NCBI GenBank assembly: GCA_039208735.1
Contig: JBCCQY010000056.1
Location: 1 to 48,606, forward strand
Length of the DNA stretch: 48,606 nt
Source of the DNA: Myxococcota bacterium
GTDB lineage: Bacteria; Myxococcota_A; UBA796; GCA-2862545
Direction of reading: 5' to 3'
In this document: positions 47,853-48,606 of the stretch, piece after piece
Position numbering within the stretch: position 1 is the first letter of the stretch
How the letters are laid out: every line of letters begins with the position of its first letter
Notes under the pieces: model-generated
Told to the model about the DNA's origin: nothing
The model's database searches: none
Seen by the model: only the letters and a program-made list of their open reading frames with translations
Made by a program: the position numbers and the translations under genes

Positions 47853-48503
47853 TCACTCGCTGTCGCCGCCACCATCGTCACCACCACCATCGTCGGTGGC
47901 AGGGGGCGGCGGTGCGCCGATCTCGCCTTCTACGCGGCGCTGGTACTTGACCGTGATGCGGCTACCCGTGAACGGGGCGGGGCCATTGAGTTCGATGGCA
48001 TTGCGTGGGAAGTCGAACGAGTAGTCTTCGCCCAGGACCAGCCGTTGCTGGTTGCCCCGGTACGTGATGACGAGCGAGCGGGGCGCCACAGCGGGCACTT
48101 CCTGGAGCACGAACGTCTTGGTGAGGCCGAGAGACGCGTTCACCACGCGTTCGAGGTTCACCGAAGGCGTGGCTGAACTCGTCACGACGCCACCCGTCTG
48201 GTTGGCGGCTTCCTGCCAGAAGCGCCGTACGTCCGGGTCACCCACGGTGATGGCCGAGATGCTGGCCGTACGGGTGGCATCCTGCTTGCCCAAGAACTTG
48301 ATGAAGTCGGGCTGGTCGACGAAGTCGACCGTGCTGTCATCGACCGTGTCGGCGAACGCGATGAGGGAGAGGTGCCCCCCGGCGAAGTAGAAGTCCTGAA
48401 ATTCTTCGAAGCGTTCGGTGAGCGTCTGGTAGACGGCCGCGCGGAACTGCGTGGGGCCGCCACCGAAGAGCGAGTAAAAGCTCTGGGGAATCGGCGGCAC
48501 CGT
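47853..48503 (-). CDS. C-terminal part of a vWA-like exported protein, 5'-truncated at a composition junction
   Basis: DFY..GHLSLIAFAD..D, SAI, AANQTGG, then FVL..P beta domain; in-frame TAG at 48504-48506 coincides with the GC drop. Confidence 0.6.
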   Translation of the reverse strand, partial: TVPPIPQSFYSLFGGGPTQFRAAVYQTLTERFEEFQDFYFAGGHLSLIAFADTVDDSTVDFVDQPDFIKFLGKQDATRTASISAITVGDPDVRRFWQEAANQTGGVVTSSATPSVNLERVVNASLGLTKTFVLQEVPAVAPRSLVITYRGNQQRLVLGEDYSFDFPRNAIELNGPAPFTGSRITVKYQRRVEGEIGAPPPPATDDGGGDDGGGDSE

Positions 48504-48606
48504 CTAAGTCCATTAAGGGGGAAAATATTTGATAAGACATTGACAAGAAAAGCAATAATTACGGCAGCGAAGGTGACTAGTTGCCGTAGAATATCTCCAG
48601 AATTAC
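48504..48606 (-). other. AT-rich foreign coding fragment (probable chimeric contig end)
   Basis: About 38% GC (39/103 by hand count); minus frame 48604-48506 reads NSGDILRQLVTFAAVIIAFLVNVLSNIFPLNGL. Confidence 0.7.

Noticed and set aside
48540..48589. TTGACA box and TACGGCAGC/GTTGCCGTA hairpin as an IS end or ncRNA
   Set aside because: No -10 box at proper spacing; the segment is better explained as an open, membrane-protein-like coding frame on the minus strand
1..48606. Numerous long overlapping ORFs (e.g. 7408-8604 -, 11888-13282 +, 22256-23581 +, 32246-33316 +)
   Set aside because: Antisense or alternative-frame shadows of motif-supported genes, expected at high GC; Arg/Pro/Gly-rich with no motifs

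Overview
GC-rich (~65% by eye), very gene-dense bacterial chromosome segment. Gene content (Ser/Thr kinase-ATPase-TPR protein, Cys-rich DCND/DADS-repeat lipoproteins, P450, sterol-desaturase-family enzyme) suggests a Myxococcota-like organism; this is an inference. About 46 protein genes plus tRNA-Val(CAC). Housekeeping and envelope genes: ndk, tyrS, dacB, uup-like ABC-F, L,D-transpeptidase. Transport: ThrE family, SLC12-like cotransporter, bestrophin. Also a class II photolyase, several lipid-modifying enzymes and a complete chemosensory operon (soluble MCP-cheA-cheW-cheY-cheB-cheR-cheX). No CRISPR array, transposase or integrase was seen. Most notable: (1) a divergent two-gene module encoding a CheA-like kinase that lacks the CheW-like P5 domain but carries a MshEN-like c-di-GMP-binding motif, followed by a receiver/CheC-CheX-like fusion; (2) several exported proteins whose best-supported starts give ultra-short (8-15 aa) signal peptides with no basic n-region; (3) a tandem KOW/SH3-like protein with an SSB-like acidic C-terminal tip; (4) an uncharacterised HhH-lipoprotein/His-bearing membrane protein pair; (5) the last ~100 bp are AT-rich, apparently foreign coding sequence that truncates a gene, probably an assembly chimera. 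Many start coordinates were refined by eye using SD motifs and gene abutment; family calls are from motif recognition, not database searches.
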